DNA from: a virus
DNA: 64,000 nt
Strand: one strand, 5' to 3'
IMG/VR virus record: IMGVR_UViG_3300020445_001256
Coordinates: 23,448-87,447 of that record
Part shown: positions 16,897-28,600 of the stretch, piece by piece
Position numbering within the stretch: the stretch's first letter is position 1
How the letters are laid out: the number at the start of each line of letters is the position of its first letter
Program-made: the position numbers and the translations under genes
Notes under the pieces: model-generated
The model's input: only the letters and a program-made list of their open reading frames with translations
Told to the model about the DNA's origin: nothing
The model's database searches: none

Positions 16897-17079
16897 ATGA
16901 TCTATGTACTATACAATGATCAACATGAACAGCAAGGAGAGTTTTCCACAGTCGAAACATTAGAGACTTATATGGATAACATTCGTGAACATCGTGATGA
17001 ACGTTGGCCTAAGACACCAAGGATGACTTGTTTTGATTATATTAAGTCAATTGGTTGGTCATTTGATATCAAAGTATAA
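16897..17079 (+). CDS. hypothetical protein
   Basis: Coupled ORF. Confidence 0.65.
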   Translation: MIYVLYNDQHEQQGEFSTVETLETYMDNIREHRDERWPKTPRMTCFDYIKSIGWSFDIKV

Positions 17080-17675
17080 TGAATATCTTCCCTAGTATTA
17101 TTCATCGTATCGATATTCCTGATTACGGTGATATAAAAGGCAGCCTTATAGGTCAATGTTTGAAGGAGCGTGCCTTGGATCCACAAGGAATAAAGAAATC
17201 AAATTGTGGCGGGTGGCATTCGAGGACTGATATACATCAAGACGATAATAATATAATAAAAGATACTATATTTGACCATGTTGCATGGTATTTCTCTAGT
17301 AATAAGATTCTTAAGGAAGATACTAGACTAGAATTTACTGCTATGTGGACTATGATTAATGGAAAGAATAGTTATAATGAGTACCATATGCATTCTGGAT
17401 CTGATATAGCAGGTGTATTTTGGATTAAAGCACCTGAAGGTTCTGGAAATCTATATTTTACTTCTCCACAGGCATATGCTTACTTTGCTGAAGAGAGACA
17501 TTATAGTGAAGAGTATAAAGAAAAGAATAATTTTTATTCAGGTTATTGGTTTCCTCCTACTGAAGGACGTATTATAATGTTCCCATCAGCACTTTATCAT
17601 TCAGTTAAACCAAATACACAAGATTTAGATCGTATATCAGTATCCTTTAATATTACATTATCAACTGATACATAA
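17079..17675 (+). CDS. putative 2OG-Fe(II) oxygenase (TIGR02466-like)
   Basis: SNCGGWHS, YNEYHMH, AGVFWI, MFPSALYHSV, RISVSFN. Confidence 0.85.
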   Translation: MNIFPSIIHRIDIPDYGDIKGSLIGQCLKERALDPQGIKKSNCGGWHSRTDIHQDDNNIIKDTIFDHVAWYFSSNKILKEDTRLEFTAMWTMINGKNSYNEYHMHSGSDIAGVFWIKAPEGSGNLYFTSPQAYAYFAEERHYSEEYKEKNNFYSGYWFPPTEGRIIMFPSALYHSVKPNTQDLDRISVSFNITLSTDT

Positions 17676-17698
17676 TATAGTATCTTGCAATACAACTT

Positions 17699-17995
17699 AT
17701 GGCAACCTTTAATGTTACGCTGATTGATAAGGAAGGTGAATCTACTACGTTCGAGTGTGCAGAAGACGAATATATACTAGACAAGGCAGATGATGCAGGT
17801 GTTGATGCTCCTTACTCATGTCGTGCTGGTGCATGTTCTACATGTGCAGGTAAGGTATTAGAGGGTACTGTTAATCAAGAGGAACAATCTTTCCTCGATG
17901 ATGATCAAGTAGAAGAAGGATTTGTATTAACATGTGTTGCATATCCAACTTCTGATGTTATAATACGTTTAGGCGAGGAGGAAAACATTTACTAA
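17699..17995 (+). CDS. petF: plant-type [2Fe-2S] ferredoxin (auxiliary metabolic gene)
   Basis: [15 protein letters not shown]...QSFLDDDQ...[11 protein letters not shown]. Confidence 0.97.
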   Translation: MATFNVTLIDKEGESTTFECAEDEYILDKADDAGVDAPYSCRAGACSTCAGKVLEGTVNQEEQSFLDDDQVEEGFVLTCVAYPTSDVIIRLGEEENIY

Positions 17996-18222
17996 TGGCA
18001 ATCCACATGAGAGAACAGTTACTTAGAGCAGTTTTAGCACATGCTCAAGGTGAAATTGAAAAACATAAGGTAAACGTCAATGTTTACTTAGAAAATCCTG
18101 CTGGTATTGGAGAACATTCCGATATTACAGAGGCAATACAGACAGAATTAGACAAAATTGCTCGTTATCATGACCAGATAGAGGTAATTAACAAGTATTT
18201 TAGGTCACCTTCGAGTAATTGA
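17995..18222 (+). CDS. conserved marine T4-like phage protein
   Basis: HAQGEIEKHKVNVNVYLENPAGIGEHSDI motif. Confidence 0.75.
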   Translation: MAIHMREQLLRAVLAHAQGEIEKHKVNVNVYLENPAGIGEHSDITEAIQTELDKIARYHDQIEVINKYFRSPSSN

Positions 18223-18346
18223 AGTTCCCATTCTGCAAATCCTACTGTCTGGTCATAGGAGGTAAAGTGAAACGCTGGTTCCCTCCTATCGATCTGGCAA
18301 CTACTCAGGATAAAATTGACAATTTAACACGAAGAGGTTATTGGTA

Positions 18347-18493
18347 ATGGATAAAGGTGAGATTATAAGTGAGTTACTTACACTTACTGCACTATTAGGT
18401 GGTACTATGCAGAGAAGAGAGGTATTCGATTCCACTGGTAGAACATCTAAGAAAATTATTATTGAGTATGATGTCGAACAAACAAAACGTTGA
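18347..18493 (+). CDS. 48-aa protein, not in the track
   Basis: GAGGT RBS; ...DSTGRTSKKIIIEYD. Confidence 0.65.
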   Translation: MDKGEIISELLTLTALLGGTMQRREVFDSTGRTSKKIIIEYDVEQTKR

Positions 18494-18710
18494 TCCTTGG
18501 CAAGATAATCAAGAAGCACATGATGCAATTAACATGTGTCTTGAAGCAATCGCTGGTAGGTTAGTAGAGATAGAAAAAAGGATCCAAGAGATGCCTACAC
18601 CAGATAAAACCTACTATAAACCATCAGATGAGGACAAAGATCTCGATTTATTCCAAAATTTCACTAAAATTTACGAAAAACTAGACAAAATTGAGAAAAA
18701 AGTGCTATAA
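18468..18710 (+). CDS. hypothetical coiled-coil protein
   Basis: ATG 18468 preferred over GTG 18399, which lies inside the upstream gene. Confidence 0.65.
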   Translation: MMSNKQNVDPWQDNQEAHDAINMCLEAIAGRLVEIEKRIQEMPTPDKTYYKPSDEDKDLDLFQNFTKIYEKLDKIEKKVL

Positions 18711-18762
18711 TAAGCATATATGTGGCGAGCGATCCACAAATTAACGTAATTTAAGGTATTTT

Positions 18763-18909
18763 ATGGCAAAATCCGTTGCTTGGGGCTCAGATAAGAACTA
18801 TATTGAGCCTATACCCAAGAAAACCCGCCAAGGACGTTCTGCAAGAACAAAACTTGCAGCGACTTCACGAAACCATGCACAAAAGAAGTATAGAGGACAA
18901 GGAAAATGA
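18763..18909 (+). CDS. 48-aa basic protein, not in the track
   Basis: PKKTRQG...TSRN...KKYRGQGK, a family I recall near gp25 in cyanophages; preceded by TAGACA-N18-TATAAT. Confidence 0.75.
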   Translation: MAKSVAWGSDKNYIEPIPKKTRQGRSARTKLAATSRNHAQKKYRGQGK

Positions 18910-19109
18910 TTCATTTTGCAGCAGCATCACTAGATCTTAACGAGGCATGGAACCTCTCTTGGGGAGAAGGTATCCAATTCATACTAGTACTTGCTTTTGT
19001 CTATTGGTTGAAGGTAAAAATTGATACACGAGCTGGTCTCGGAAAGAAGAAGCTAAGACAATTAAAAGGTGTTATAATAGAGGCAATTAAAGAAGCCAAC
19101 AATGAGTGA
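18906..19109 (+). CDS. small membrane protein
   Basis: Single hydrophobic segment followed by a basic tail. Confidence 0.65.
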   Translation: MIHFAAASLDLNEAWNLSWGEGIQFILVLAFVYWLKVKIDTRAGLGKKKLRQLKGVIIEAIKEANNE

Positions 19110-19251
19110 AGAATTTAATCGAATTGCTAATGCACTTGAAAGAATTGCTAATTCTTTAGAACATTTGCATATTGAACAGATCGATCATGCTCACATAGAT
19201 GACATCGGTGAGATACATGGTGATGTTATTACTCATCCTAAGCAATTTTGA
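19102..19251 (+). CDS. 49-aa His-rich peptide, not in the track
   Basis: RIANALERIANSLEHLHIEQIDHAHIDDIGEIHGDVITH. Confidence 0.65.
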   Translation: MSEEFNRIANALERIANSLEHLHIEQIDHAHIDDIGEIHGDVITHPKQF

Positions 19252-19874
19252 GACCAAATAAGACCGATTTTAACCTTTTTCCCACTCCAGTAACCCATTG
19301 GAGGGGATTATTAAAGACTATAGAGGTTCAACCTATAGTCGATTTTTGTAAGGACTACCAATCAGGTCAACATAATATGTTAGAAGGGGACGCAGTATGC
19401 TCTAGTGGCAGTACACGTCCTCTTTCTCATACAGACAGTATTTTAAATGAGATAGATAAAACCCTTGGTCTAGACCTTTCTGAGGCATTAGAGGACGTTT
19501 TAAACAGGTATGCGAAGCAATACGGCATACAACCAGTAACTTTGACTAATAGTTGGTTTAACCTCCAATCTGAAGGGAGTGTCTTAAGACAACATAATCA
19601 CCCCTTTAGTGTAATATCTGCTGCATTATTTGTTAATGCACCTAAGAATTGTAGTAAATTATATTTTGAAAATCCAAATCCTCATATAGAGTTTAATTAT
19701 AGGTTGGATGAGAAGGGAAGAGATGAAAGTTTATATGAATATTGGCATTTTGAACCAGAATCAGGAGATTTAGTGATATTTCCATCATGGTTAAAGCATG
19801 GATCAATGTATGAAAAGAATAATAGTACTGATCGACTAGTCATAAGCGTGAACGCAGTTAGGAAAACCGACTAA
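19248..19874 (+). CDS. putative 2OG-Fe(II) oxygenase (TIGR02466-like)
   Basis: LFPTPV, SWFN, HNH, GDLVIFPSWLKH, RLVISVN. Confidence 0.85.
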   Translation: MRPNKTDFNLFPTPVTHWRGLLKTIEVQPIVDFCKDYQSGQHNMLEGDAVCSSGSTRPLSHTDSILNEIDKTLGLDLSEALEDVLNRYAKQYGIQPVTLTNSWFNLQSEGSVLRQHNHPFSVISAALFVNAPKNCSKLYFENPNPHIEFNYRLDEKGRDESLYEYWHFEPESGDLVIFPSWLKHGSMYEKNNSTDRLVISVNAVRKTD

Positions 19875-19877
19875 ATA
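19871..19877 (+). promoter_or_regulatory. T4-type late promoter
   Basis: CTAAATA ahead of the SET-gp25-gp6 operon. Confidence 0.55.
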
Positions 19878-19899
19878 GTAAGATAGTTATAATGTAGTT

Positions 19900-20184
19900 G
19901 TGATGTATAAGGCACTGCCCGATGGATTATTCATCAATGAAAGTTCTATTGCTGGTCAAGGTATCTTTACCCGTGTAGCAATAGATGTTGGCACTGAACT
20001 TGGTATGTCTCATCTTATTATTGATAATGAGATTATTAGGACACCGTTAGGAGGGTTTATTAACCATTCTGACCATCCAAATTGTGAAAAATATCTGATA
20101 GATAATCGATATTATGTGCGAGTGATTAGACCAGTTGTTCCAATGGAAGAATTGTTTCTTAAGTACACATTTTATACTGTTTAA
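19900..20184 (+). CDS. minimal SET-domain protein
   Basis: SIAGQGIF, GGFINHSDHPNC, EELFLKY. Confidence 0.85.
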   Translation: MMYKALPDGLFINESSIAGQGIFTRVAIDVGTELGMSHLIIDNEIIRTPLGGFINHSDHPNCEKYLIDNRYYVRVIRPVVPMEELFLKYTFYTV

Positions 20185-20603
20185 TGGCATTAAAAGAAGT
20201 TTCTGGTAAGAAAGTAAACTTATCCCGTGCATTTAAAGATATTGCATTTGGGTTAAAACGTAATAGTATTACGAAGGATAGTGGTGTCGTTAAGAATGAG
20301 AATGCTATTAAACAAGCAATAAGGTGTTTAGTTCTTACACAAAAGGGAGAAAGATTGTTTCAACCCGATATTGGGTGTGCAGTATTTGAACTCTTGTTTG
20401 AACCCTTAGATCTTATGACTGCTGATGCAGTTAGAGATGAGATAATAAATACTCTTAATCAGTATGAGCCTAGAATTAGTCTAATCGATGTTACTGTTAA
20501 CGTATCAGAAGTCTATAGTAGATTTGATGTTACTGTAGAATATCGCATAGTTGGACAACCTATCGTTGAATCTGTCGATTTCGTATTAAAGAGACCTGAA
20601 TAA
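20184..20603 (+). CDS. gp25: baseplate wedge subunit gp25
   Basis: AIKQAIRCLVLTQKGERLFQPDIG...YEPRI. Confidence 0.92.
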   Translation: MALKEVSGKKVNLSRAFKDIAFGLKRNSITKDSGVVKNENAIKQAIRCLVLTQKGERLFQPDIGCAVFELLFEPLDLMTADAVRDEIINTLNQYEPRISLIDVTVNVSEVYSRFDVTVEYRIVGQPIVESVDFVLKRPE

Positions 20604-22603
20604 TGCAACCGAATAATCTTACAGCATTAGATTTTACCGATGTTAAAGCATCTATTAAGTCCTATTTGAGGACTCGTGAAGAGTTTACTGATTATGACTT
20701 CGATGGAGCAGCATTATCGTATCTAATCGATGTATTAGCGTATAATACCTATTATACGTCATTTAATGCTAATATGTCATTAAATGAAGCGTTTTTACCT
20801 TCTGCTACAGTTAGAGACAATATTGTAAATATTGCAAAATTACTAAATTATGTTCCACGTTCTATTATTGCATCCCAAGCAACTATAAATTTAGACGTTC
20901 AAACAACGCAAACAAGTAATTCATATCCAAGTACTATTACCCTTGCTAAAGGACCAGTAGTATCTGGTGGTAAGTATTTCTTCAATGTCGTTGCACCTAC
21001 TACTGCATCTGTTGATTCTGTTACAGGAAAGGCGACTTTAAGTGATCTTGTAGTTAGACAAGGATCTATAGTTTCATTTTCTTATATTGTTAATACTTTC
21101 CAACAACAGACTTATGTAATCCCTTCTCCTAACTGCGATATTAGCACTTTAAGTATTAGGGTAAAAGCAAACGAATCTTCAACAACATCTGATTTATACA
21201 ATAGAGTAGACACAGTAACTAATCTTACCGCTACTTCAAGGATATTCTTCCTCTCTGAGGGTGAAGATATGCGTTATGAGGTTAAATTTGGTGATGATAG
21301 TATAGGTCGTGCTTTAAAAGATGGAGAAGTTGTTACTCTTGAGTACCTAGTTACGGATGGTGCTGAAGCAAATGACATCAATAGACTCTCATTTATTGGT
21401 CAAATTAGCGATTCTTTAGGAGGATCTTACACTGCATCCGATACTACGCTCACAATTGTCAATAAATCTCAATTAGGAGCCGCAGCTGAGTCGGTTGAAT
21501 CTATTAAATACAATGCTCCACGGTATTATTCTTCTCAATATAGAGCAGTTACCGCACAAGATTACGCTTTAATTACTAAAAAGGTATATGATAACGCAGA
21601 TTCTGTAGTTGCATATGGTGGAGATTCATTGAATCCTCCAATTTACGGAAAAGTATACATTGCTATCAGAACTAAAACAGGATCATTACTCAATGATCAG
21701 ACTAAAAAGACTATTGCTGCTTCACTTAGGAACTATGCAATGGCATCTATTGACCCTGTAGTCATTGATCCAGAGAATATTTTCATATATCCTAAAGTTT
21801 TTGTTTCATATGATACAGGATGCGGATCTGATACATCAACAATTAAGACTAATGTGTCAAATGCTATTACTGATTGGGCTAGTCAAACACAAATAAACAA
21901 TTTTAATTCTACCTTTAGATCACAGGAGTTTGAAAAAGCGGTTACATTGGCAGACAAATGTGTAACTGACGTTTCACTTCAGACAACTATTCTAAGGTAC
22001 ATTAATCCAATTACCAACTCAACCAACACATATACCATTTCTACTGGTTCAGCACTCTATAACAGTGCTCCTAGTTCGACTGATGTTACATCTACAACTA
22101 CAACAAAAGAACCAATCTTGTTATCTGGATCGTTTAGAACTTCTGACAGACCAGGTATTGATCAACAATTTGAAGATGATGGTTTTGGTAAGTTAAAAAC
22201 CTTCTATAATACTGGAACTAGAAAGGTTTACACTAACACTAGTGCGGGTACAGTAAATTATGACACTGGAACAATTGCTTTTGGACCAGTTAATATAATT
22301 GGATCTGGATCTAACGTATCAACAACTGCAGTTACAATCACTGATTCCACTACTGGTGTTGGTAGTGTTAGTGATGCATCGTTGCTTCCTACTGGATTAC
22401 AGATTCCTGTTCAGTTTATTCCTGCGAACTCTAGTAGCATTCCTGCTTCTACACCAGGAACTATTATTAATATCGTTTTACCAGAAATAACAGTCGCTGC
22501 AATTGGAACGACTCCACCTCCTACTATCCCACTAAATAGTTTGACACCAACAATCTTTGATCAAACACCATCAACGGTTGCAGTCACATCCAGTTCATCA
22601 TAA
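20603..22603 (+). CDS. gp6: baseplate wedge subunit gp6
   Basis: LDF..K..L...EFTDYDFDG...LAYNTYY, ESIKYNAP, RAVTAQDY. Confidence 0.93.
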   Translation: MQPNNLTALDFTDVKASIKSYLRTREEFTDYDFDGAALSYLIDVLAYNTYYTSFNANMSLNEAFLPSATVRDNIVNIAKLLNYVPRSIIASQATINLDVQTTQTSNSYPSTITLAKGPVVSGGKYFFNVVAPTTASVDSVTGKATLSDLVVRQGSIVSFSYIVNTFQQQTYVIPSPNCDISTLSIRVKANESSTTSDLYNRVDTVTNLTATSRIFFLSEGEDMRYEVKFGDDSIGRALKDGEVVTLEYLVTDGAEANDINRLSFIGQISDSLGGSYTASDTTLTIVNKSQLGAAAESVESIKYNAPRYYSSQYRAVTAQDYALITKKVYDNADSVVAYGGDSLNPPIYGKVYIAIRTKTGSLLNDQTKKTIAASLRNYAMASIDPVVIDPENIFIYPKVFVSYDTGCGSDTSTIKTNVSNAITDWASQTQINNFNSTFRSQEFEKAVTLADKCVTDVSLQTTILRYINPITNSTNTYTISTGSALYNSAPSSTDVTSTTTTKEPILLSGSFRTSDRPGIDQQFEDDGFGKLKTFYNTGTRKVYTNTSAGTVNYDTGTIAFGPVNIIGSGSNVSTTAVTITDSTTGVGSVSDASLLPTGLQIPVQFIPANSSSIPASTPGTIINIVLPEITVAAIGTTPPPTIPLNSLTPTIFDQTPSTVAVTSSSS

Positions 22604-22615
22604 TTAGAGCATTAG

Positions 22616-25600
22616 ATGACAAGTATCAATAAGGTTTCACAGGCAGTCAATAGACAGACTCCCGAATTTGTAGAGCAGGATTATCCTCTCTTTAATAAGT
22701 TTCTTGAGTATTATTATCAATCTCAGGAAAAAACAGGTCTAGGACAGAATATTCTTAATAACTTCCTTGGTTATTTGGATATTGATAAACTAGACATTAG
22801 CATTCTGGATGGTGCAACGAAGGTAGTAGAATCAATAAGTGCGACAGACGATATAATAATTGTAGAGAGTGTTGATCAATTTCTTGAGAACGATGGTTCT
22901 GTTCTCATAGGTGATGAAGTAATTTACTATGAAAAAGCACAAGCTGGACCCAATATTGCTCTAAGTCCAGGTGTTTCTTATGATCAGGTTAAATTAAAGT
23001 GGATTAACCTTGCAAGTCCATTAATGAGTTTTGATGGGTCTAGACAATCTTTCCCATTAACATCTCAAGATAATCCTATTGCTCCACCTTCTGTGCAGCA
23101 TTTGATTGTTAGTAATTACGGTAAGGTTTTAATTCCTGGTACAGACTATAGTGTCGAAGGAACAAATATAATATTCACTACTGCTCCTAGAACTAGAATA
23201 CCTGCTGATGATGCGTCATCAACTTATATTACTTACTTAAACGGTTTTAATGAGAATACGATTGTTGCTTTAGACAATCTTTCTGGTAGTTTTGGTGAAA
23301 GTAAGAGACAATTTACTATTACTAGATCTGGTGCAAGATATGAACCTATTGCTGATGAATATGTTCTTGCAATTTATGATAATCGTCTATTAACTCCAAA
23401 AGTAGACTTTTTCATCGATGGTGATCAATTTATCTTCTTAACAGCACCATTAAACGGTAGATTCCTTTCATTATTCTCTATTGAAGCACCTATTCCTTCT
23501 TTTGGTGCTGGTGCTGTAGGTTATGCACGTATTAGTGATACTGGAACTCTAACTGGTATTTCTATTAGTAAAAATGGTACTGGATATAAGTCTGAGTATC
23601 CTCCAAAGATTTCTATTAATACTGAGAATGGTAGCGGTGCTTCTGCTTCTGCTTTAGTTAATGGTCTTAAGAGTATTGCACTATTAGAAGGTGGTCAGGG
23701 ATATAGTAGCACTAATCCACCTGTAGTTCAAGTTCAAGCACCTACTGCTGTAGGAGCAACTGCAGCAACTGTTTCTGCGACTGTTACTAATGGTGCTGTC
23801 AGTGCTCTTACAATCACTAATTCTGGTTCTGGATATACATTCACACCTAGAATCACTTTCAGGCAACCAGGAGGTGCTGTACTAGGCACTCCAACCGTTG
23901 TTAATGGACAGATTACTGCAGTAAGTATTACTAGTTCTGGTTTTGGATATACAACTGTTCCAACAGTCTATATTGATGAACCAACTGGTACAAATCCAAT
24001 TAAAGCAGCGTTCCAAGCAGTTTTAAGTAGTGATGGTGAAATTACATCCATTAACATTTTAAATGCTGGTCAAGGGTATACATCTACTCCTAGAATGGCA
24101 GTTATTGACCCAGTAGGTGCTCAAGTTCTTGAAACTACTGTTGATAATCAAGGTAGAGTAACAAATATTGAACTTTTAAGTGGTGGTGTAGGTTATAGTG
24201 ATGTTCCTTCTGTTTATATCGTAGATAACAGAACTGATGCTACTGGTGCATATGCTGGTGGAACTGGTGCTATAGCAACTGCATCAATCTTCAATGGTCA
24301 GATTACAGATATTAATATTAGTGCTTTTGGTGGAGGATACAGTCAATCTGCTCCTCCCGTGGTTGTTATTCAAGCACCTCCTGCTGCTGAAGCATCTGCG
24401 GAGATTGGTTTAAATGAAGTTACTGGTTTTACAGTAAATCAAGCTGGTAGCGGATATCAGAAGGCACAATTGACTGGATGTGCTCGTGCTGCGTCTTCTA
24501 TTACTTCTTATACGGAAAGTGGTAACGCAATATTTACAAATAATACTATTGCATCTGCACATGCGGTAGATGAACCAATTAAGTGCTTAGATGCGTTATT
24601 TGTTAAGAGATTACTTGACAAGTACACAGAACAGTATTTACCAGATGTTCCTACATTAGATTACTCTAAAATTGATGTTAGAACAGCAATTAAGACAATT
24701 AAGGACTTTTATAGTTCTAAAGGAACATCATATAGTATTGGATATCTCTTTAAACTACTTTATGGTGAGACAGTTAGTATATCTTATCCTAAAGATCAGA
24801 TAATCAAACCATCTGCTGCAACATGGTCTATTGACACTATTTTGCGTGCTACTTTAGTTAGTGGTGATCCTACAGATATTCAAGACGGTCTTTTAACCCA
24901 AGAAGCGGATATTGCTGACCTTAATGTTAAAGAAGCAAGTGCTCTTGTAGAAAATTATATTTCAATTAGAACATCACAAGTTACCATATATGAATTAGTT
25001 CTTTCCGAAGAAACTATTGCGGGAACCTTTATTGTTCCTTATAAGACAAAATTAGCAGAACCGCTTAATAAAACTGAATCTATTATTACTGTTGACTCTA
25101 CAATTGGTTGGCCTGAAAGAAACGGTGAATTTATTATTGGTAGTTCAACTGATACTAGAGAAATTGTTCAATATAAGGAAAAATCATTAAACCAGTTCAT
25201 TGAGTGTACTAGATCAGTAAATGGTGTAGTTGAGGACTGGGATTCTGCTACAGAGGTAAAATCTAACTTTAATGTTTACATTAATAAGGGAACTCCTCAA
25301 GAAGTGGTGATGAATATTGTTGGTATCGTTGATGCTCAACAAACAACTCTTACTGATACTGGATCTTACTACTTACCTGGTGATAAATTAACAGTTTCTA
25401 AGTTAGGTGGAACAGGAACTACTCCTGAACTTACAACTTGGTTGTATAACGTTAAAAAATTAATCGAAGTTACTTCTGTAGCATTTGGTGGTATTAATAA
25501 CCAATCCGCGACTATTACTTGTAAGAATGATCACGGTCTTTTGGTAGGAGATCAGGTAACCATCTATGGTGCTAACCCAATCCTTTATAATGGAACATTT

Positions 25601-28600
25601 CTTGTAACATCTAGAGATAGTGATACTGTTTTCCAATATGCATTACCTCAACCTGCTACTGTTATCCCACAGGGTAATATTCTGGTATCTATTGACCTTA
25701 ACAAAGGTAAATCTACTAGTACTGCAATAAACAATGCTATTAGTCCTTATACGACTAACGTTCAGAACTCATTCTTTAACGACAATTACGTTTATCTTGC
25801 TTCTACTGGTATTCCAAACTATAATATTGGACCTTTCCCAGGATCAGCACTTCTTCCTGGTAACCAAAGAAAATTAACAAGATTCCCTAAAATACCTACT
25901 ACAATTTCTACAAAGGACTTAATTGGTGCTGGTCCAATTGGAACTTGGGTAAATGGTGTTTCTGTATGGTCTTATAAGTCAAGTTTAACTAAGACATTTG
26001 GTGCTATAACAAGTATTGGCATTACAAATGCTGGTTCAGGTTATGATGCTGCTTCTCCTCCTGCTATTACAATTTCTGGTGGTGGAGGTTCTGGTGCTAC
26101 TGCTTCCGTAGTTGTTGACGGTGCTATCAGTGAAGTTACTGTAACTACTGGTGGATCTGATTATACATCCTCACCATTGGTCTCTATAGTCGGTGGAGGA
26201 GGGTCTGGAGCTGCTGCAACCGCTATTATTACTAAAGGTGTTGTTTCACGTATTCTAATCAATTCTGGTGGAACTGGATATACTTCACAACCTCAAATTA
26301 CTATTGTAGGTGGAGGTGGTTCTGGTGCTGCTGCTACCGCATCTGTTAGAGGTCCGATTAAAACTATTAACGTTGCTTCTGGTGGTTCCGCATACACATC
26401 TAAACCTAGTGTTACTTTAAGTTCTGGTTCTGGTGCTGTTGCACAAGCAATTGTACAGAATGGACGTATTATATCAATTGCTATTATATCTGCTGGATCT
26501 GGATATACTACTGCTCCTGAAATTACTATTCAAGGTGATGGTTTTGGTGCAGTTGCTAGAGCAACTATTGACGTTGATGGAGAAAATGCTGGTAGAGTTA
26601 CTAATATTGAGATTATTAACCGAGGTATTGGATATCTTCAAGGAACTACTATTATTAATCTAGATTCAGTTGGATCTTCTGCATTATTCAGTGCAAATGT
26701 ATTTGAGTGGACTTATAACTTACAATCAACCGCAACTTTAGACTCTGCAAAGGGTGGTGTATTTGAAGGATATAATAATCAGTATGGTGGTGAATATGCC
26801 CACCTTTCTAACCCACAAACACTAAGATATATCTTAGGTGATAACCTTTATGAGTCAAACACTGGTACAATCCTAGAAAAAGAGGATTCTGTTGTTCACT
26901 CACCTATTATTGGTTGGGCATTTGATGGTAACCCAATTTATGGTCCTTATGGATATTCTGATCCAACTGACCAAGGTTCTGTAATAACTAGATTGAGTAC
27001 TTCATACAGGGTTAAACCTGCTCTTATATATGATGCTGCAACTAATCCATACCCAGTTAGAACTGATGGACCTTTACTTACGGATACAGATAGTAATGGA
27101 ACTCTATTGTATCCATATGGTTCTTTCGTTGAAGACTACGAATATGTTTTTGGACTAGGGGATCTAGACCAATATAATGGTCGTTTTTGTAAAACACCTG
27201 ATTATCCAACTGGTAGATATTGCTATTTTGTTACTATTGACAATACTACTGCTGGTAATCCTGAATTCCCATATGTTTTAGGACCAAGTTTCAACTCTGT
27301 TGTAGATAAGTGGAATTTAAGCACTTCTGCTGTTCAGCAGAACATTCCTACTGGTGTTGTCCGTTATAGAGACCCATATGAGAATGTTGACATTGATGTA
27401 TCAAGAGCACCTAATGTTTCTACAAATGCTCTTACAACTGAATCTGGAGATATAATCTTATTTGAAGTAGAAGATGAAGATAGAAGTGGTGTAATAGATC
27501 AGATAGAAACTGATGATCCAGATCAAATGTTTGAAGAATCACCTTTACAGTTATTTGATTACTTCCCTAAAGTAACATTTGACTCTAAAGTTGATATTGA
27601 AGTAGAAACTATCACTAAATTTGAAGATGCTTCTGTAAATGGATTTACTATTGAAAACCCAGGTATTAACTATCAGGTTAATGACCGTTTAGAATTTGAT
27701 AATACTGGTACTGATGGTACTGGTGTTTCTGCTCGTGTTTCTAGAATTAAGGGTGAAGCAGTTGAAAGTTATAGTTTTGAAAACATTAGTGGAGAGAATT
27801 TTGGTGTTTTAAAGACTACAGAACCTCATAACCTAGTAATTGGTGATAGTGTCTTTGTGACATATAATCCAATAATGAATAATACGAACAAGACCTTTAC
27901 TGTTCGTCAATTCAAAGGTATTGAAGAAATTGTTATTAATCAGACTGGTTCTGGTTATAATTCTGATATTCCTCCAACAATTACTATTGATAGTGCTACT
28001 GGAAGTGGTGGAGAATTACAAGCAGTTGTAACTTCTGTTGGAGCAATCGAGACTGTTAATATTATTAATTCAGGTTCTGGATACACAACTAATCCTCGTG
28101 TTATTCTTTCACATCCACAGGTGTTTAAGAAAGCAGATTACTATGTTTCTAAGATTGATAATAACAACTATGTTAAAGTAAATGACGTTGTTATTAATGA
28201 AAATAAAGAAATCTTTATTTGTGGTAAAACAAAGGATACTAATGGTAACGAAATTGGTTTTGTTTCTAAATTATCTGCAACTGGTGTTAAAGAATGGGAG
28301 AAAAATTTAGAACTTACTGGTGGTGGACAATATTGTGAATTCCAAAAACTTTATGTTGATGGAAATGATGTTTGGGTTGTTGGTAACAATAGACCAAATA
28401 GTAATCTTTTAGATTCATATAACCCAGATATTATTCTAGCCAAGTACACTCAAGCATCAAATGGTCTTAGTGCAACACTAGGATTCCAGAAAGGATATGC
28501 TGGTATTTCTGGTTCTACTCGTTCTGATAGTGTAACTGCAATTACTAAACTTTCTGATACTAGATTTGTTATAGGTGGTTATACAAATACAAACTCAACT

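Noticed and set aside
18219-18347. 42-aa TTG ORF with an ataggagg/cctcctat hairpin hiding a Shine-Dalgarno sequence
   Set aside because: Plausible, but only an 8-bp stem and no recognisable protein; the evidence is too thin to call.
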